From Halieaceae bacterium (lineage in GTDB: Bacteria > Pseudomonadota > Gammaproteobacteria > Pseudomonadales > Halieaceae), in assembly GCA_028277365.1 (NCBI GenBank), contig JANQGK010000206.1, positions 413-64,412 of the forward strand: 64,000 nt of DNA. The letters are read 5' to 3'. The notes beneath the pieces were generated by a model. It was given only the letters and a program-made list of their open reading frames with translations. It did no database searches and was not told the origin of the DNA. Positions 47,620 to 57,564 of the stretch are shown piece by piece (within the stretch, counting starts at the first letter, position 1; each line of letters begins with the position of its first letter). The position numbers were made by a program, and so were the translations under genes.

Positions 47620-50600
47620 ATGGCACTCATAGACGAAATTGAAGACTTCAAGGTGGGCGACGACGTCGACGTCCCCGAACGGCTGACCAAGCTCCGTGAC
47701 GCCGTGAAGGAGACGTCAAATACGGTCCTGTCCGACAATGCGGCAACAGCCGACAAGACGACGGATGACGCAGCGCAAACGGCCTTGGACCGTCTGCAGG
47801 TCGCATCCGATCGCGCGGCGGTAGAGCAGGCGCTCGCCGATGCGGTCGCAGTCGTCACAGGCGGGACCGCCTCGCTAGCCCCAGCGCCGGGTAAATTGCC
47901 GATCGCCGGCGCGTCTGGAACCATCGCTGGGGACTGGGTCGGCCCATTGAGCGCCCTCTCTGTCGGACTAGGCATGACCAACGTGGTGGCTGCTGCCCTG
48001 GGGGAGGCGGCCGACAATCCAGACTGGATCTACGCAACTGCCCAGCTCGGCTACTACAGCGAGCCGGTGCCAGCGGGGAAATACCTGGGACAGTTTGCGA
48101 CGCCGGCTCTCGCGGCGGCCGCTCCCGACGCCGAGGTCGGTGACTGGTACCAAGGCACCTCCAATGACGGCCTGGAGTGGTTTGAACTCACCAACGTCGG
48201 CAGTGGTACCGAGGCGAGCACGGAGATCTACCGCGCTGGCTCCCCTCACCCGCCGAGCACGGAAAACCTGCTCGCCGTCAGCAACGGCGGCCGGTGCGTG
48301 CTACTGGACTGCACTTACGGCGCACCGACGATGTGGATGGTGTTTAGCCTACCTGGCCGTAATGTCGGGACGAATTGGGTCCAACACCAACGCGGCATCA
48401 CGCGCGGCTTCGATACCACAACGCCGATCACCCTGCTTAAGATTGTCGGCAGTCGCCTCTACATCTTTGGGGAATCGATGTACGTGGGCTTCTACGCCGG
48501 CTACATCGTTGACTTCGCCACCGGCAAAAGCCTGGTGGTGGGCGGCGCGACCTATGACGGAACCTTCCCTGTGTTGGGCGGGATCGAAGAGCGGAACTCG
48601 AATGTCGCCGACCAGCGAACCGAACGTCTCGGCATCCAGTCCGCCGATGCAGTCGGTGTCGGCCTTGCCTCGACAGCTGTCTATGCTCTGGATGTGACAC
48701 TGCGCCAGGACGCGCCACGCGATACTGTAGGGAATCGCCACCACACTGTTGCGTATGGCACGGCCGAAGGCGCGGCCGTGATCGATGAGTTGGGGCAGCG
48801 GGTGGATATCGATGCGGTTTTAGCCAACGCCAACTATGTGCGCCATGTCGAGTTCACCCCCGACACCAGGCTGTGGTTAACGTTCTCTGTCTTCGGCACC
48901 CAGAGCGCGGTCTATGATCACGTCATCGACGTACCAGCCACGTCGACCGCCATTGTGCACGATACTGCGGCGGGAGCACTCAATGGGGAGTACTACAGCG
49001 ACGACACCACCCCGCTTTTGCTCGAAGAGCCCGATGATGGCACCAACCTGGAAAGAGACGCTCGGCAGCTAGTGGGGCATGACCTGTACATCGGCGGTAC
49101 GTCGGGCCTGAACATCATCGCCAGGAATCCCGTCGACCAGGCCGAAGGCGTCATTTCGTACAAGACGTCGCGCTACACCACCCCCCTTTTGAAGCGGCCA
49201 CTGCTCGCGATAGCCAGCGATAGCGACAGTGGCGCCATCTCCGATGCGGAGATCCTGCTGGACAGTGAGTTCACACTCGACAACGGTTCGTGGACGTTTA
49301 CCAGCGACCCGAATGCGAGCGGCTCGATCTCTGGGGGGCTACTGTTCGTGGAGCGCAGTGGAGGAGGCACTGCTAACGTAAGGTGCTCCGAACAATCGAT
49401 CGCCGTCGTAGAGGGCCGCGCCTACGCGTTGCCCATAGAGATCACAGCGGTGAGCAATGCCCTCATAGCGCTTGTATATGACGGTTTAGAGATTGTGGCG
49501 AATCAAAACTTCTCGACCGTCGGCGTTCACACGTTGTCGTTTGTTGCACGTCGCACTGGGACCTACAGCATCGCTTTCCGGCCGACCCCCAGTTTCAGTA
49601 CGGCATCTCTTGACTATGCGCGCCTCAGAAATTCGATACCGGATCGTTCAGGGCGCAACAACCATCTGGATCTTGTCGGCTCGGTCACCCGCGCTGGGGT
49701 CGAAAACAGTGGCTTGTATGCCATCACCGGCTTCAGCGACAGCAACTACCTATTGTCTGAGGTCATCCCGGAACTGACCGGCGTCGGCGATCTATGGTGC
49801 AGCGCCTGGGTGCGTGGGGGCGCCACCAATTCACCGGTGGTATACCTGATACCGGATGGTGTTGCCATGCCCTACGTCGACACATTCGTGTTTGGCCTCG
49901 GGATCGTCAACGGTGGTGGTGTCGGCAACCTGCGGATCTCGCGTGGCACGCTTACCAAGATCGTGACGTTCCACCCGAACTACCTGGCGTTTGACTGGAC
50001 GCACATGGTGCTTGCCTCGGTCGGCAACGACCTGAATCTCTACATCAACGGGCAGCTGTTCGACACCCTGGACATCACCACGGCCGCTGCGCTGGCTGGC
50101 AACTATCGCGTCCTTATCGGCGGTGGTACGTCTGGCTTCACGGACACCGCGTGGTCCCACGACACCGCGCTCACCGCGCTCGGCCTCGGGAGTCTGTCGG
50201 ACGCTGAGGTCTCGCGGATGTACCAAGCGGAGCGACAGATGCTGGAGAGTGGCGCGCTCCTATCGAATTCGAACACCGTCGACGAGGTCACCTACGATGC
50301 AACTACACAGCTTGCGTGGGTATCGAACGGGACCAGCCTGGATGGCGTGTACAACGGCGCAGTGGTCAAGACCCTCCCTGGGAGTGACTCAGCTACCGCA
50401 CTCGCCGCCGGCGGCGGTAAGGCCGTTCGCGGGACCGCGAGCGTCGCAACTTTCCATGCAGAGGAGCGAGCGCGTGATCCACAGCCAGCGCCGCCACAAG
50501 CCGCCTATTGGATCGACGCCGGCGTCGGCGACGGTCTTAAGACCGATTTCCCACTCCCCGGCCAGGGGCTGAGTATTCGATTGTTGCGAGTCGAGGTAGA

Positions 50601-50730
50601 CGGCGTCGGCAACCACGAAGGTGCTAGCCGGGATTACACACTTGTTCACAACGGGTTCGACTGGGTCATCTCCTTCGCCGTTGCCCCGGCCGCGACGGCA
50701 GAGGTCGACGTGGAGGTTATGCCGCTATGA
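47620..50730 (+). CDS. Tail fibre / host-specificity protein with a LamG-like (concanavalin-type) domain
   Basis: 1036 aa. N-terminal fibre-like segment (LAPAPGKLPIAGASGTIAGDWVG). The central region resembles Laminin_G_3 (NHLDLVGSV...WCSAWVRGG...NLYINGQLFDTLD). Confidence 0.6.
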   Translation: MALIDEIEDFKVGDDVDVPERLTKLRDAVKETSNTVLSDNAATADKTTDDAAQTALDRLQVASDRAAVEQALADAVAVVTGGTASLAPAPGKLPIAGASGTIAGDWVGPLSALSVGLGMTNVVAAALGEAADNPDWIYATAQLGYYSEPVPAGKYLGQFATPALAAAAPDAEVGDWYQGTSNDGLEWFELTNVGSGTEASTEIYRAGSPHPPSTENLLAVSNGGRCVLLDCTYGAPTMWMVFSLPGRNVGTNWVQHQRGITRGFDTTTPITLLKIVGSRLYIFGESMYVGFYAGYIVDFATGKSLVVGGATYDGTFPVLGGIEERNSNVADQRTERLGIQSADAVGVGLASTAVYALDVTLRQDAPRDTVGNRHHTVAYGTAEGAAVIDELGQRVDIDAVLANANYVRHVEFTPDTRLWLTFSVFGTQSAVYDHVIDVPATSTAIVHDTAAGALNGEYYSDDTTPLLLEEPDDGTNLERDARQLVGHDLYIGGTSGLNIIARNPVDQAEGVISYKTSRYTTPLLKRPLLAIASDSDSGAISDAEILLDSEFTLDNGSWTFTSDPNASGSISGGLLFVERSGGGTANVRCSEQSIAVVEGRAYALPIEITAVSNALIALVYDGLEIVANQNFSTVGVHTLSFVARRTGTYSIAFRPTPSFSTASLDYARLRNSIPDRSGRNNHLDLVGSVTRAGVENSGLYAITGFSDSNYLLSEVIPELTGVGDLWCSAWVRGGATNSPVVYLIPDGVAMPYVDTFVFGLGIVNGGGVGNLRISRGTLTKIVTFHPNYLAFDWTHMVLASVGNDLNLYINGQLFDTLDITTAAALAGNYRVLIGGGTSGFTDTAWSHDTALTALGLGSLSDAEVSRMYQAERQMLESGALLSNSNTVDEVTYDATTQLAWVSNGTSLDGVYNGAVVKTLPGSDSATALAAGGGKAVRGTASVATFHAEERARDPQPAPPQAAYWIDAGVGDGLKTDFPLPGQGLSIRLLRVEVDGVGNHEGASRDYTLVHNGFDWVISFAVAPAATAEVDVEVMPL

Positions 50731-51311
50731 GTATTGTCAACATGATGAAGGACCAGCAAGCCTGGTCCATGGGAAGAATCTGCCGGCGAGCTGCCTCTAT
50801 GCTCCGCACCTCCCTGACGACGGACGCAGAGCAGAACCTGACGCGCAAGCTCAATCGGACAGCTGCCGGCCGTCACTCTCTATCCGTGGACGACGAGACG
50901 GAGATCGACGTCGCCGAAGCCGCCTGGACCGCACACGATACGATCATCGAGACGGCCATGGTCGAGAGCGCCCTGCTGGCGGAAGTGCTCGCTTACGAAG
51001 CCGCGAAGCGGGACGTGGATAGGCTGTCACTGCTGCTGGACGGTCGGCCAGAATCCCCCGTCCTTGTCGACCAGGAGCAGATCGACCCTGAAACGGGCGA
51101 CCTGGTAACCGCCCAGGTACAGATCGGTGTTCTGCCGGCAGTCGCGGCGATGCCTGGGCCTGACGATCTCGATGACGGAGATGGTGGCTCGGTGCGATCG
51201 CCGCGCGGCCGCATGGTCGACCAGCGCGCTGCCGCGCAGGCGATCCTGGATGCTGCAACGCCCGAGGCGCTCGTGTGGGTGGCTGCTAGAGCGCCATCGC
51301 CGGGAGGGTAA
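50727..51311 (+). CDS. Hypothetical protein downstream of the fibre (assembly factor?)
   Basis: 194-aa ORF with an ATGA overlap with the fibre gene. No family recognised. Confidence 0.4.
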   Translation: MSIVNMMKDQQAWSMGRICRRAASMLRTSLTTDAEQNLTRKLNRTAAGRHSLSVDDETEIDVAEAAWTAHDTIIETAMVESALLAEVLAYEAAKRDVDRLSLLLDGRPESPVLVDQEQIDPETGDLVTAQVQIGVLPAVAAMPGPDDLDDGDGGSVRSPRGRMVDQRAAAQAILDAATPEALVWVAARAPSPGG

Positions 51312-51450
51312 AGACGGGCGACCAGCCAGCGGCGGCAACCGCCGGCTAACCATCAACCACGTGAAGGAGCACGTGGCCGACCGAGGCCCGCCACTGTGTA
51401 CACAGCAGTCAAAGCCTAGACCCCGGCCGGCGTATCGACAAGGACGACCT

Positions 51451-52260
51451 ATGACCGCCAAGCCACTCGTTCCCTGGATCGGTGGGAAGCGTAAACTTGC
51501 GGAGCATATCCTGCCGCTGTTTCCAGAGCACCAGTGCTATGTCGAGCCGTTCTGCGGTGCGGCCGCGCTCTTTTTCCTGAAGGAACCCTCGCCGGTTGAG
51601 GTGCTCAACGATATCAACCTGGACCTGATCACGCTGTATCGCGTCGTTAAGCACCATTCAACGGAGCTGCACAGGCAGTTTAAGTGGGTCTTGACCAGCC
51701 GCGACGAGTGGGAGCGATTGCAACGTGTGCCTCCTGATACCCTCACCGACATCCAGCGCGCTGCCCGGTTCCTCTACCTGCAGAAGCTGGCATTTGGAGG
51801 CCGGGTAGACGGTCAATCCTTCGGTACAGCGACAACGAGTCGGCCGCGATTCAACGCGGAGACGCTGGAGGATGACCTCAAGATCGCCAAGGCCAGGCTG
51901 ACCAATACCTACCTGGAGCACCTCCCCTGGGCCGACGTTATCACTCGCTATGACCGTCCACACACACTCATCTACTGTGATCCACCCTACTGGGAGACCG
52001 AGGGCTACGGAGTGGATTTCGCCTATCACAACTACACCAGGCTGGCGGAGGTGATGGGCAGCGCTGGTGGCGTCGTCATTGTCAGCATCAACGACCATCC
52101 GGAGATGCGGGAGGTCTTCAGGGATTTCCACCTGGTGGAGGTCGACTACGAGTATCAGGTCGGCGGTGCCGGCAACCGCATGCTATGTCGCGAGCTGATA
52201 TACGGGAACTGGCCTGGTGGAGTACCAATCCCAGTCGCGCAGCAGAATGGACTCTTTTGA
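51451..52260 (+). CDS. N6-adenine DNA methyltransferase, D12 (Dam) class
   Basis: Track ORF 51127..52260 trimmed to ATG 51451 (AAGGA RBS). Motifs PWIGGKRKL, EPFCGAAALFF (AdoMet binding) and DPPYW (catalytic). Target specificity cannot be told from the sequence. Confidence 0.85.
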   Translation: MTAKPLVPWIGGKRKLAEHILPLFPEHQCYVEPFCGAAALFFLKEPSPVEVLNDINLDLITLYRVVKHHSTELHRQFKWVLTSRDEWERLQRVPPDTLTDIQRAARFLYLQKLAFGGRVDGQSFGTATTSRPRFNAETLEDDLKIAKARLTNTYLEHLPWADVITRYDRPHTLIYCDPPYWETEGYGVDFAYHNYTRLAEVMGSAGGVVIVSINDHPEMREVFRDFHLVEVDYEYQVGGAGNRMLCRELIYGNWPGGVPIPVAQQNGLF

Positions 52261-52385
52261 TGGAATCTTGACTACTAAATCAGTGTTCCTACTGTGCGGA
52301 ACGACTATAACTAAATGTATGGAGGTGCTAGCTAATCACCTACACCGAAGTAAGCACGTGATACCGCTGAAGGAGTACAACAAGA

Positions 52386-52571
52386 ATGGATCTGTCTGAT
52401 GTAGAAAACACCCTCAATTCTATTTCCGCCCTGGAGTGCGTCGAGCAGCTGTGTGGCTCAGCCTCTGATCTCCACGTCGTAGCGCCAGATGGCCTGGCAT
52501 CTCTGCTGGGCTTGATTCGCCAGAATCTACAGCCAATACCCACTCAGACAAAGGACAGCTCGGAGGCTTAA
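52386..52571 (+). CDS. Small acidic protein (61 aa) in the low-GC right-end segment
   Basis: GAAGGAG RBS about 10 nt upstream. By eye the local GC is about 47%, versus above 60% elsewhere. No family recognised. Confidence 0.35.
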   Translation: MDLSDVENTLNSISALECVEQLCGSASDLHVVAPDGLASLLGLIRQNLQPIPTQTKDSSEA

Positions 52572-52612
52572 AGAGAGCTGATTAAGTCGCGTGGCTGTTT
52601 TTCGCTGAATTC

Positions 52613-52661
52613 GTTTCCAGAATTCATTCCCAAATTTTCCAGAATCCAGTCGCGCGCTACA
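52613..52661 (-). repeat. Prophage right end with putative transposase-binding repeats
   Basis: The reverse complement reads TGTAGCGCGCGACTGGATTCTGGAAAATTTGGGAATGAATTCTGGAAAC. The outer repeat matches the left end; the inner TGAATTCTGGAAAC is identical to 13749-13762. Confidence 0.75.
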
Positions 52662-52666
52662 GCCCG
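52662..52666. repeat. Right copy of the 5-bp target-site duplication (GCCCG)
   Basis: Follows the terminal ...CTACA at 52661 and is identical to 13641-13645. Confidence 0.8.
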
Positions 52667-52675
52667 GGCCAGATT

Positions 52676-53962
52676 TCAGGAGTCCCCGACTGGCCTGAGG
52701 ACCAGGGTATGCACCTGCTCACCGGGCCCCGGCGGCAGGTCCGAGCGGCTCGCCTGGAAGGTGGCGTGTTGCTCCCCGGGCTGTCCGCTGGGGGAAATCC
52801 TGGCCACCACTTCCACCAAATCGAGTTCGGAAATCTTCTGCCCTGCCATGGAGCTGGCGTCATCCAGACGCAGGGTTACCGGCAGCTGGCCTGCGGTCAG
52901 GCGCTTTACCGCTACCGGCATGCGGGTATCCAATGCCGGGTTGCGGGCGAACACGAACACGGTGTCCCCGGGGGCGGCGCTCATGCCCTGGGCCAGTTCC
53001 AGCCGGAGGGTGACACCCGCCCCTTCTGCCGCTTCCGAACCCGAAGACGGCGACGCAAGCGAAGGAGCCACCGAATGGGGTGATGCCGACCCGGCCGCTA
53101 CCGCCTCGCCACCCAGCTGGGCGCGGGCCCGGTCGATGACGCCGCGGATCATCTGTGCGGCCTCTGATTCGGGGTTTTCCATCACCAGCAGCCGCTCCCA
53201 ATAGCTGATGGCGGCCTGGAATTCACCGGCCTCGAAGGAGGCCATGCCCAGTAGCCCCAGGGCGGTGCGCTGGTGCGGATTGACGGCCAGGGCGCGCTCC
53301 GCCAGCAGCTGGTCTTCGCTGGTGAGCTGGCGGCCCGAGGCCAGGAACCCGGCCTGGGCGGCCAGGGCCGCGGCCATCGCATCGTTGGGAGCTTTTTCCG
53401 CAAGCCCCGCATACAGAGCGCGGGCGCGCCCGTAGTCGCCTTCGTTCATATAGAAGCGACCCAGCATGCCCTGGTAGTAGAGGTTGCCGGGGCGGGCCGC
53501 GGCGCGGTCTTCCACCTTGAGCATCAGGCGCCGGTAGTCGGCCTCAGTGGTCTGCTCATTGATCGCGTCGAGCTCGCGCTTGAGGGCCACGTCGGCACCG
53601 GCCCCCAGCTTCCAGTAAAACGCCGCTGACAGCACTATCAATAGGCCCATCAGCACCGCCACCGGCAGTTTGCCACTGCCGCGTGCGTCGGCTGGGGTTT
53701 CGGTGTCGGCCTCCTCCAGCATGCGCAGCCGCGCGTCCTGCAGCAGGTCCTCGGCGAGGTCGGTGTCGGTGGCGCCGGGGCGGCCGATGCCGGAATCGCG
53801 GGTCTCATCGGTGGTTTCCAGCTCGGCGCGGCGCTGCAGGAACCAGTCGCGGTTGGAGGCACGGGTGTCGATGCGGCGCTCGCGCAGGAATACGCCTGGC
53901 AACAATACAAACAGCGACGCCAGCGCCAGCAACAACAGCGCGCCCCACCAGATTTCAGTCAC
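52676..53962 (-). CDS. ccmI: c-type cytochrome biogenesis protein CcmI (CycH), TPR-containing
   Basis: Track ORF 52676..54286 trimmed to GTG 53962, which overlaps the ccmH stop (GTGA). N-terminal TM (IWWGALLLLALASLFVLLPGVF), a second TM and TPR-like repeats. Last gene of the ccm cluster. Confidence 0.75.
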   Translation of the reverse strand: MTEIWWGALLLLALASLFVLLPGVFLRERRIDTRASNRDWFLQRRAELETTDETRDSGIGRPGATDTDLAEDLLQDARLRMLEEADTETPADARGSGKLPVAVLMGLLIVLSAAFYWKLGAGADVALKRELDAINEQTTEADYRRLMLKVEDRAAARPGNLYYQGMLGRFYMNEGDYGRARALYAGLAEKAPNDAMAAALAAQAGFLASGRQLTSEDQLLAERALAVNPHQRTALGLLGMASFEAGEFQAAISYWERLLVMENPESEAAQMIRGVIDRARAQLGGEAVAAGSASPHSVAPSLASPSSGSEAAEGAGVTLRLELAQGMSAAPGDTVFVFARNPALDTRMPVAVKRLTAGQLPVTLRLDDASSMAGQKISELDLVEVVARISPSGQPGEQHATFQASRSDLPPGPGEQVHTLVLRPVGDS

Positions 53963-54423
53963 GCGCGCTCCTCGTCGTCTGCCAGCAGGGCATCGAGCCT
54001 GGCCTGCTCCTCGGCACTGAGCGTGCCCTCCTGCGCCTGCGCCCGGCCGCGCATGCTGGAGCGCAGCACCAGCAGGGCCAGCGCCAACAAAATAACCGGC
54101 GCGCCCCACAGCACCAGGGTCACGTTGTTGACGCGGGGACGATAGAGCACGAATTCGCCGTAGCGGTCCACCATGTACTCGACGATTTCGCCGTCGCTGC
54201 GCCCCTCGTGGAGCTGGGCATGCAGCTGCTTGCGCAGGTCCTCGGCGATCGGGGCATTGCTGTCGGCAATGTTCTGGTTCTGGCACTTGGGGCAGCGCAG
54301 CTCGTCCGCCAGGTTGGCAAACCGCTCGCGCAGGCTCTCGTCCTCGAACTCATAGGTTTCGATCACCGCCAGTGCGCCACCGGACAGCGCCAGGCTTGCC
54401 ACCAGTAATAGCGCCCGGATCAC
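53959..54423 (-). CDS. ccmH: Cytochrome c-type biogenesis protein CcmH
   Basis: Trimmed to GTG 54423 (GTGA overlap with the ccmG stop). Signal peptide, LRCPKCQNQ motif and a C-terminal TM. Confidence 0.85.
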   Translation of the reverse strand: MIRALLLVASLALSGGALAVIETYEFEDESLRERFANLADELRCPKCQNQNIADSNAPIAEDLRKQLHAQLHEGRSDGEIVEYMVDRYGEFVLYRPRVNNVTLVLWGAPVILLALALLVLRSSMRGRAQAQEGTLSAEEQARLDALLADDEERA

Positions 54424-54968
54424 GAACGATCCCCTGCGCGCTGCTCGCGGCGCAACTCGTCGATAATCGGTTTCAGGGTCTGCGCCCACACCAGCTCATT
54501 CACCACGCCCACGTGGCGGTAGCGAATCACCCCTGCCGCATCCACGACGTAGGTTTCCGGCGCCCCGTACACCCCAAGGTCCAGGCCCAGGCTGCCTTCG
54601 GCATCGACGATGCTGAGACGATAGGGGTCGCCCAGTTCATCCAGCCAGCGCAGGGCCTCGGCGTCTTCATCCTTGTAGTTGATGCCGTAGATCGGCAGGC
54701 CGTTCAAGGCCAGCTCCGTCAGGAAAGGATGCTCAATCCGGCAGGAGACGCACCAGGTGGCCCATACGTTGAACAGCGACACCTCGCCGGTCACCATGCC
54801 CTGGTCTACCACTCGCTCCTGGCCCAGCGCCGGCAGTGAAAAGCTCGGCAGGGGCTTGTCGATCAGCGCCGACGGCAGAGCCTGGGGGTCGAGCCGTAGC
54901 CCCACCAGCAGGAAGCCGCCCAGTACCAGGAACAGGCCCAGCGGCAGAAACAACTTAAGCCGCTTCAA
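54420..54968 (-). CDS. ccmG: Thiol:disulfide interchange protein CcmG/DsbE
   Basis: Trimmed to TTG 54968 ([23 protein letters not shown] membrane anchor); GTG 54974 is an alternative. Thioredoxin motif WATWCVSC. Confidence 0.85.
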   Translation of the reverse strand: MKRLKLFLPLGLFLVLGGFLLVGLRLDPQALPSALIDKPLPSFSLPALGQERVVDQGMVTGEVSLFNVWATWCVSCRIEHPFLTELALNGLPIYGINYKDEDAEALRWLDELGDPYRLSIVDAEGSLGLDLGVYGAPETYVVDAAGVIRYRHVGVVNELVWAQTLKPIIDELRREQRAGDRS

Positions 54969-56919
54969 GGCCACCCCCGAGCGGTGCCGTGGCTCGCTGG
55001 CGTGCACGCCGGTAGCGGCGGTCGGCGAGCGTGAGGAAGGCGCCGAAGGCCATGGCAATCGCACCCGCCCAGATCCAGCGCACGAAGGGCTTGTAATGCA
55101 GGCGAATCGCCCAGGCGCGGCCGCCTTCCAAGGGCTCACCCATGGCGATGAAGATATCCCGGAACGGGCCGGCGTCGATGGCGGCCTCGGTCATCACCTG
55201 GCCCGAAGCCAGATAGCGCCGCTTCTGCGGCTGCAACACTGCCACCGCCTTGCCGTCGCGCAGCACGGTGAAATTAGCGCCGTCGGCCACGTAGTTGGGG
55301 CCCTGTACCGGTTCCAGGCTGTTGAAGGTAAAGCTGTAGCCCGCCACCTCCTCGACGTCACCGGGGCGCATTTTCAGGTCGCGCTCCACGGCGTACTGGC
55401 TGACCAGCACCACGCCGACCACGGTGATGGCAAAGCCCAGGTGGGCCGCCTGCATGCCCCAGTAGCTGGCGGGGATGCTGCGCCAGCGGCTGCTGCGCAG
55501 GCGCATATATAGGTCTCGCAGCATCGCCAGGGCCAGCCAGCCTGCGAGGATCACCGCCAGCATCACCCAGAGGTTGAACTCGCCGCCATACACGAAGGGG
55601 AACAGCACGCCGATAATGAGCGCGGCTATTGCCGGCGCCACCAGCTCCTGTAGCCAGCGCCGGCCGGTATCGCGCTTCCAGCGCGAGGTGGGGCCGACGC
55701 CCATAAACGGGATCAGCAGTGCCATCAGCGGCAGGAATACCGCGTTGAAGTACGGCGGGCCCACCGAGTACTTGCCGAGCTGCAGGGCGTCGGTAATCAA
55801 AGGGAACAGGGTGCCAAACAGCACCGTCAGGGTGGCCACCAGGAACACCACGTTATTGAAGAGCAGCAGGCTCTCGCGGCTCACCCACTCAAAGCCGATG
55901 CGGCTCTGCACAGCGGGGGCGCGAAACGCGTACAGCGTCAGGGAACCGCCGACCACGAGGCCGAGGAAGGCGAGGATGAAAACCCCCCGGGCCGGATCAG
56001 AGGCAAAGGCGTGCACCGAGGTCAGCACCCCGGAGCGCACCAGGAAAGTGCCCAACAGGCTCAGGGAGAAGGCGAAAATCGCCAGCAGTACCGTCCAACT
56101 GCGGAACAGGCCGCGCTTCTCGGTCACCGCCAGGCTGTGAATCAGAGCGGTGCCCGCCAGCCAGGGCATGAAGGAGGCATTCTCTACCGGGTCCCAGAAC
56201 CACCAGCCACCCCAGCCCAACTCGTAGTAGGCCCACCAGCTGCCCAGCATGATACCGAGGCTCAGGAAGGCCCAGGCGGCATTGGTCCAGGGGCGCGACC
56301 AGCGCGCCCAGCTGGCGTCCAGGCGGCCGCCCATCAGCGCGGCGATGGCAAAGGCGAAGGCGACCGAAAAACCCACGTAACCCATGTACAGCAGCGGTGG
56401 GTGAATAATCATGCCCGGGTCCTGCAACAGCGGGTTGAGGTCGGCGCCGTCCTGAGGCGTGCCCGGCAGGATGCGCTCAAAAGGGTTGGAGGTCAGCAGC
56501 GAGAACAGCAGGAAGCCCACCGCTACAAAACCCAGCACCGACAGCACCCGGGACAGCAGCACCAGCGGGAGCGCAGTGCTGAATACGGCCACCGCCGCGA
56601 TCCAGGCCGACAGAAACAGGATCCACAGCACCATGGAGCCCTCGTGGTTGCCCCAGGTGGCGGCAAACTTCAGTACGGTGGGCATCAGGCTGTTGGAGTG
56701 GTTGGCCACCAATGCCACCGAGAAATCGTCGGCAACGAACGACCAGGCCAGGCAGGCAAAGGCGATCGCGATAAACACAAACTGGCCGATGGCCAGCGAG
56801 GGCGCCATGGCCATGGCCTTCTGGTCGCCGCGGAAACTGCCCAGCAGCGGCACCACGCTCAGCAACAGCGCCAGGCCCAGGGAAATAATCAGGGCAAAAT
56901 GTCCGAACTCCGGAATCAT
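54955..56919 (-). CDS. ccmF: Cytochrome c-type biogenesis heme lyase subunit CcmF
   Basis: 654 aa, polytopic, with the WWD motif [12 protein letters not shown]. Confidence 0.95.
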   Translation of the reverse strand: MIPEFGHFALIISLGLALLLSVVPLLGSFRGDQKAMAMAPSLAIGQFVFIAIAFACLAWSFVADDFSVALVANHSNSLMPTVLKFAATWGNHEGSMVLWILFLSAWIAAVAVFSTALPLVLLSRVLSVLGFVAVGFLLFSLLTSNPFERILPGTPQDGADLNPLLQDPGMIIHPPLLYMGYVGFSVAFAFAIAALMGGRLDASWARWSRPWTNAAWAFLSLGIMLGSWWAYYELGWGGWWFWDPVENASFMPWLAGTALIHSLAVTEKRGLFRSWTVLLAIFAFSLSLLGTFLVRSGVLTSVHAFASDPARGVFILAFLGLVVGGSLTLYAFRAPAVQSRIGFEWVSRESLLLFNNVVFLVATLTVLFGTLFPLITDALQLGKYSVGPPYFNAVFLPLMALLIPFMGVGPTSRWKRDTGRRWLQELVAPAIAALIIGVLFPFVYGGEFNLWVMLAVILAGWLALAMLRDLYMRLRSSRWRSIPASYWGMQAAHLGFAITVVGVVLVSQYAVERDLKMRPGDVEEVAGYSFTFNSLEPVQGPNYVADGANFTVLRDGKAVAVLQPQKRRYLASGQVMTEAAIDAGPFRDIFIAMGEPLEGGRAWAIRLHYKPFVRWIWAGAIAMAFGAFLTLADRRYRRARQRATAPLGGGLEAA

Positions 56920-57359
56920 GAGCCGGTGGCCTCGTCGTGGGCCTGGGACAGCGCCTCCGCGACTTCCGGTGGCATGTAGTTTTCATCGTGCTTGGCCAGC
57001 ACTTCGGTGGCCTGCAGCACGCCGTTCTCATCCAGCACGCCGGCAGCCACGACACCCTCACCCTCGGAGAACAGGTCTGGCAGGATGCCGGTGTAAACGG
57101 CGGTGACCGTGGCCTGGTAGTCGGTGACGTCGAATTCCACCCGCAGTGACTCCGGGTCGCGCCGCACGCTGCCCTCGACCACCATGCCGCCCAGGCGAAT
57201 GGGCTGGCCGGTGGGGGCCAGGCCGGCGGCGATCTCCGCTGGCGGGAAAAACAGGTTGATATTGCCGCGCAGGCCGTAGGTCACCAGGCCCACCGCCAGC
57301 GTGGAAAACACCACAATAAAGCAGACCAGGATCAGTCGCTGTTTACGAACCGGGTGCAT
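56916..57359 (-). CDS. ccmE: Heme chaperone CcmE
   Basis: Trimmed to ATG 57359 ([24 protein letters not shown] anchor). Heme-binding His in [13 protein letters not shown]. Confidence 0.9.
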   Translation of the reverse strand: MHPVRKQRLILVCFIVVFSTLAVGLVTYGLRGNINLFFPPAEIAAGLAPTGQPIRLGGMVVEGSVRRDPESLRVEFDVTDYQATVTAVYTGILPDLFSEGEGVVAAGVLDENGVLQATEVLAKHDENYMPPEVAEALSQAHDEATGS

Positions 57360-57564
57360 TGTTAACCTCCTCAATGCGAACGCTGGGCGCCGCCTGGGGT
57401 GCAGGCGCTTCGCCTTCCGACAGCCCGGCGATAAAGCGGCGCGCCGAACGGGCCGGCAGCACCAGCAGGCCGGCGCATACCAGGACACTGACAACCACCA
57501 CGCTCCACACGTAGACGCCATGGCCGTCCATCGCTAGCGCCGCTTGTACTGATTCGAAATACAT
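57343..57564 (-). CDS. ccmD: Heme exporter protein CcmD
   Basis: 73 aa. [36 protein letters not shown] is typical of CcmD. Lies between ccmC and ccmE. Confidence 0.75.
   Translation of the reverse strand: MYFESVQAALAMDGHGVYVWSVVVVSVLVCAGLLVLPARSARRFIAGLSEGEAPAPQAAPSVRIEEVNNAPGS

Larger units (their letters stand above)
13646..52661. mobile_element. Mu-like transposable prophage (siphovirus-type tail), 39,016 bp, apparently complete
   Basis: TG...CA termini, terminal inverted repeats and a 5-bp direct duplication. Internal MuA-like DDE transposase, MuB-like AAA+ ATPase, Ner/CI-type switch, Gam, GemA, Mor, Mu gp28/gp29/F-type terminase, portal and head genes, tape measure and Dam-class methylase. 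No integrase and no tRNA att site. Confidence 0.9.
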
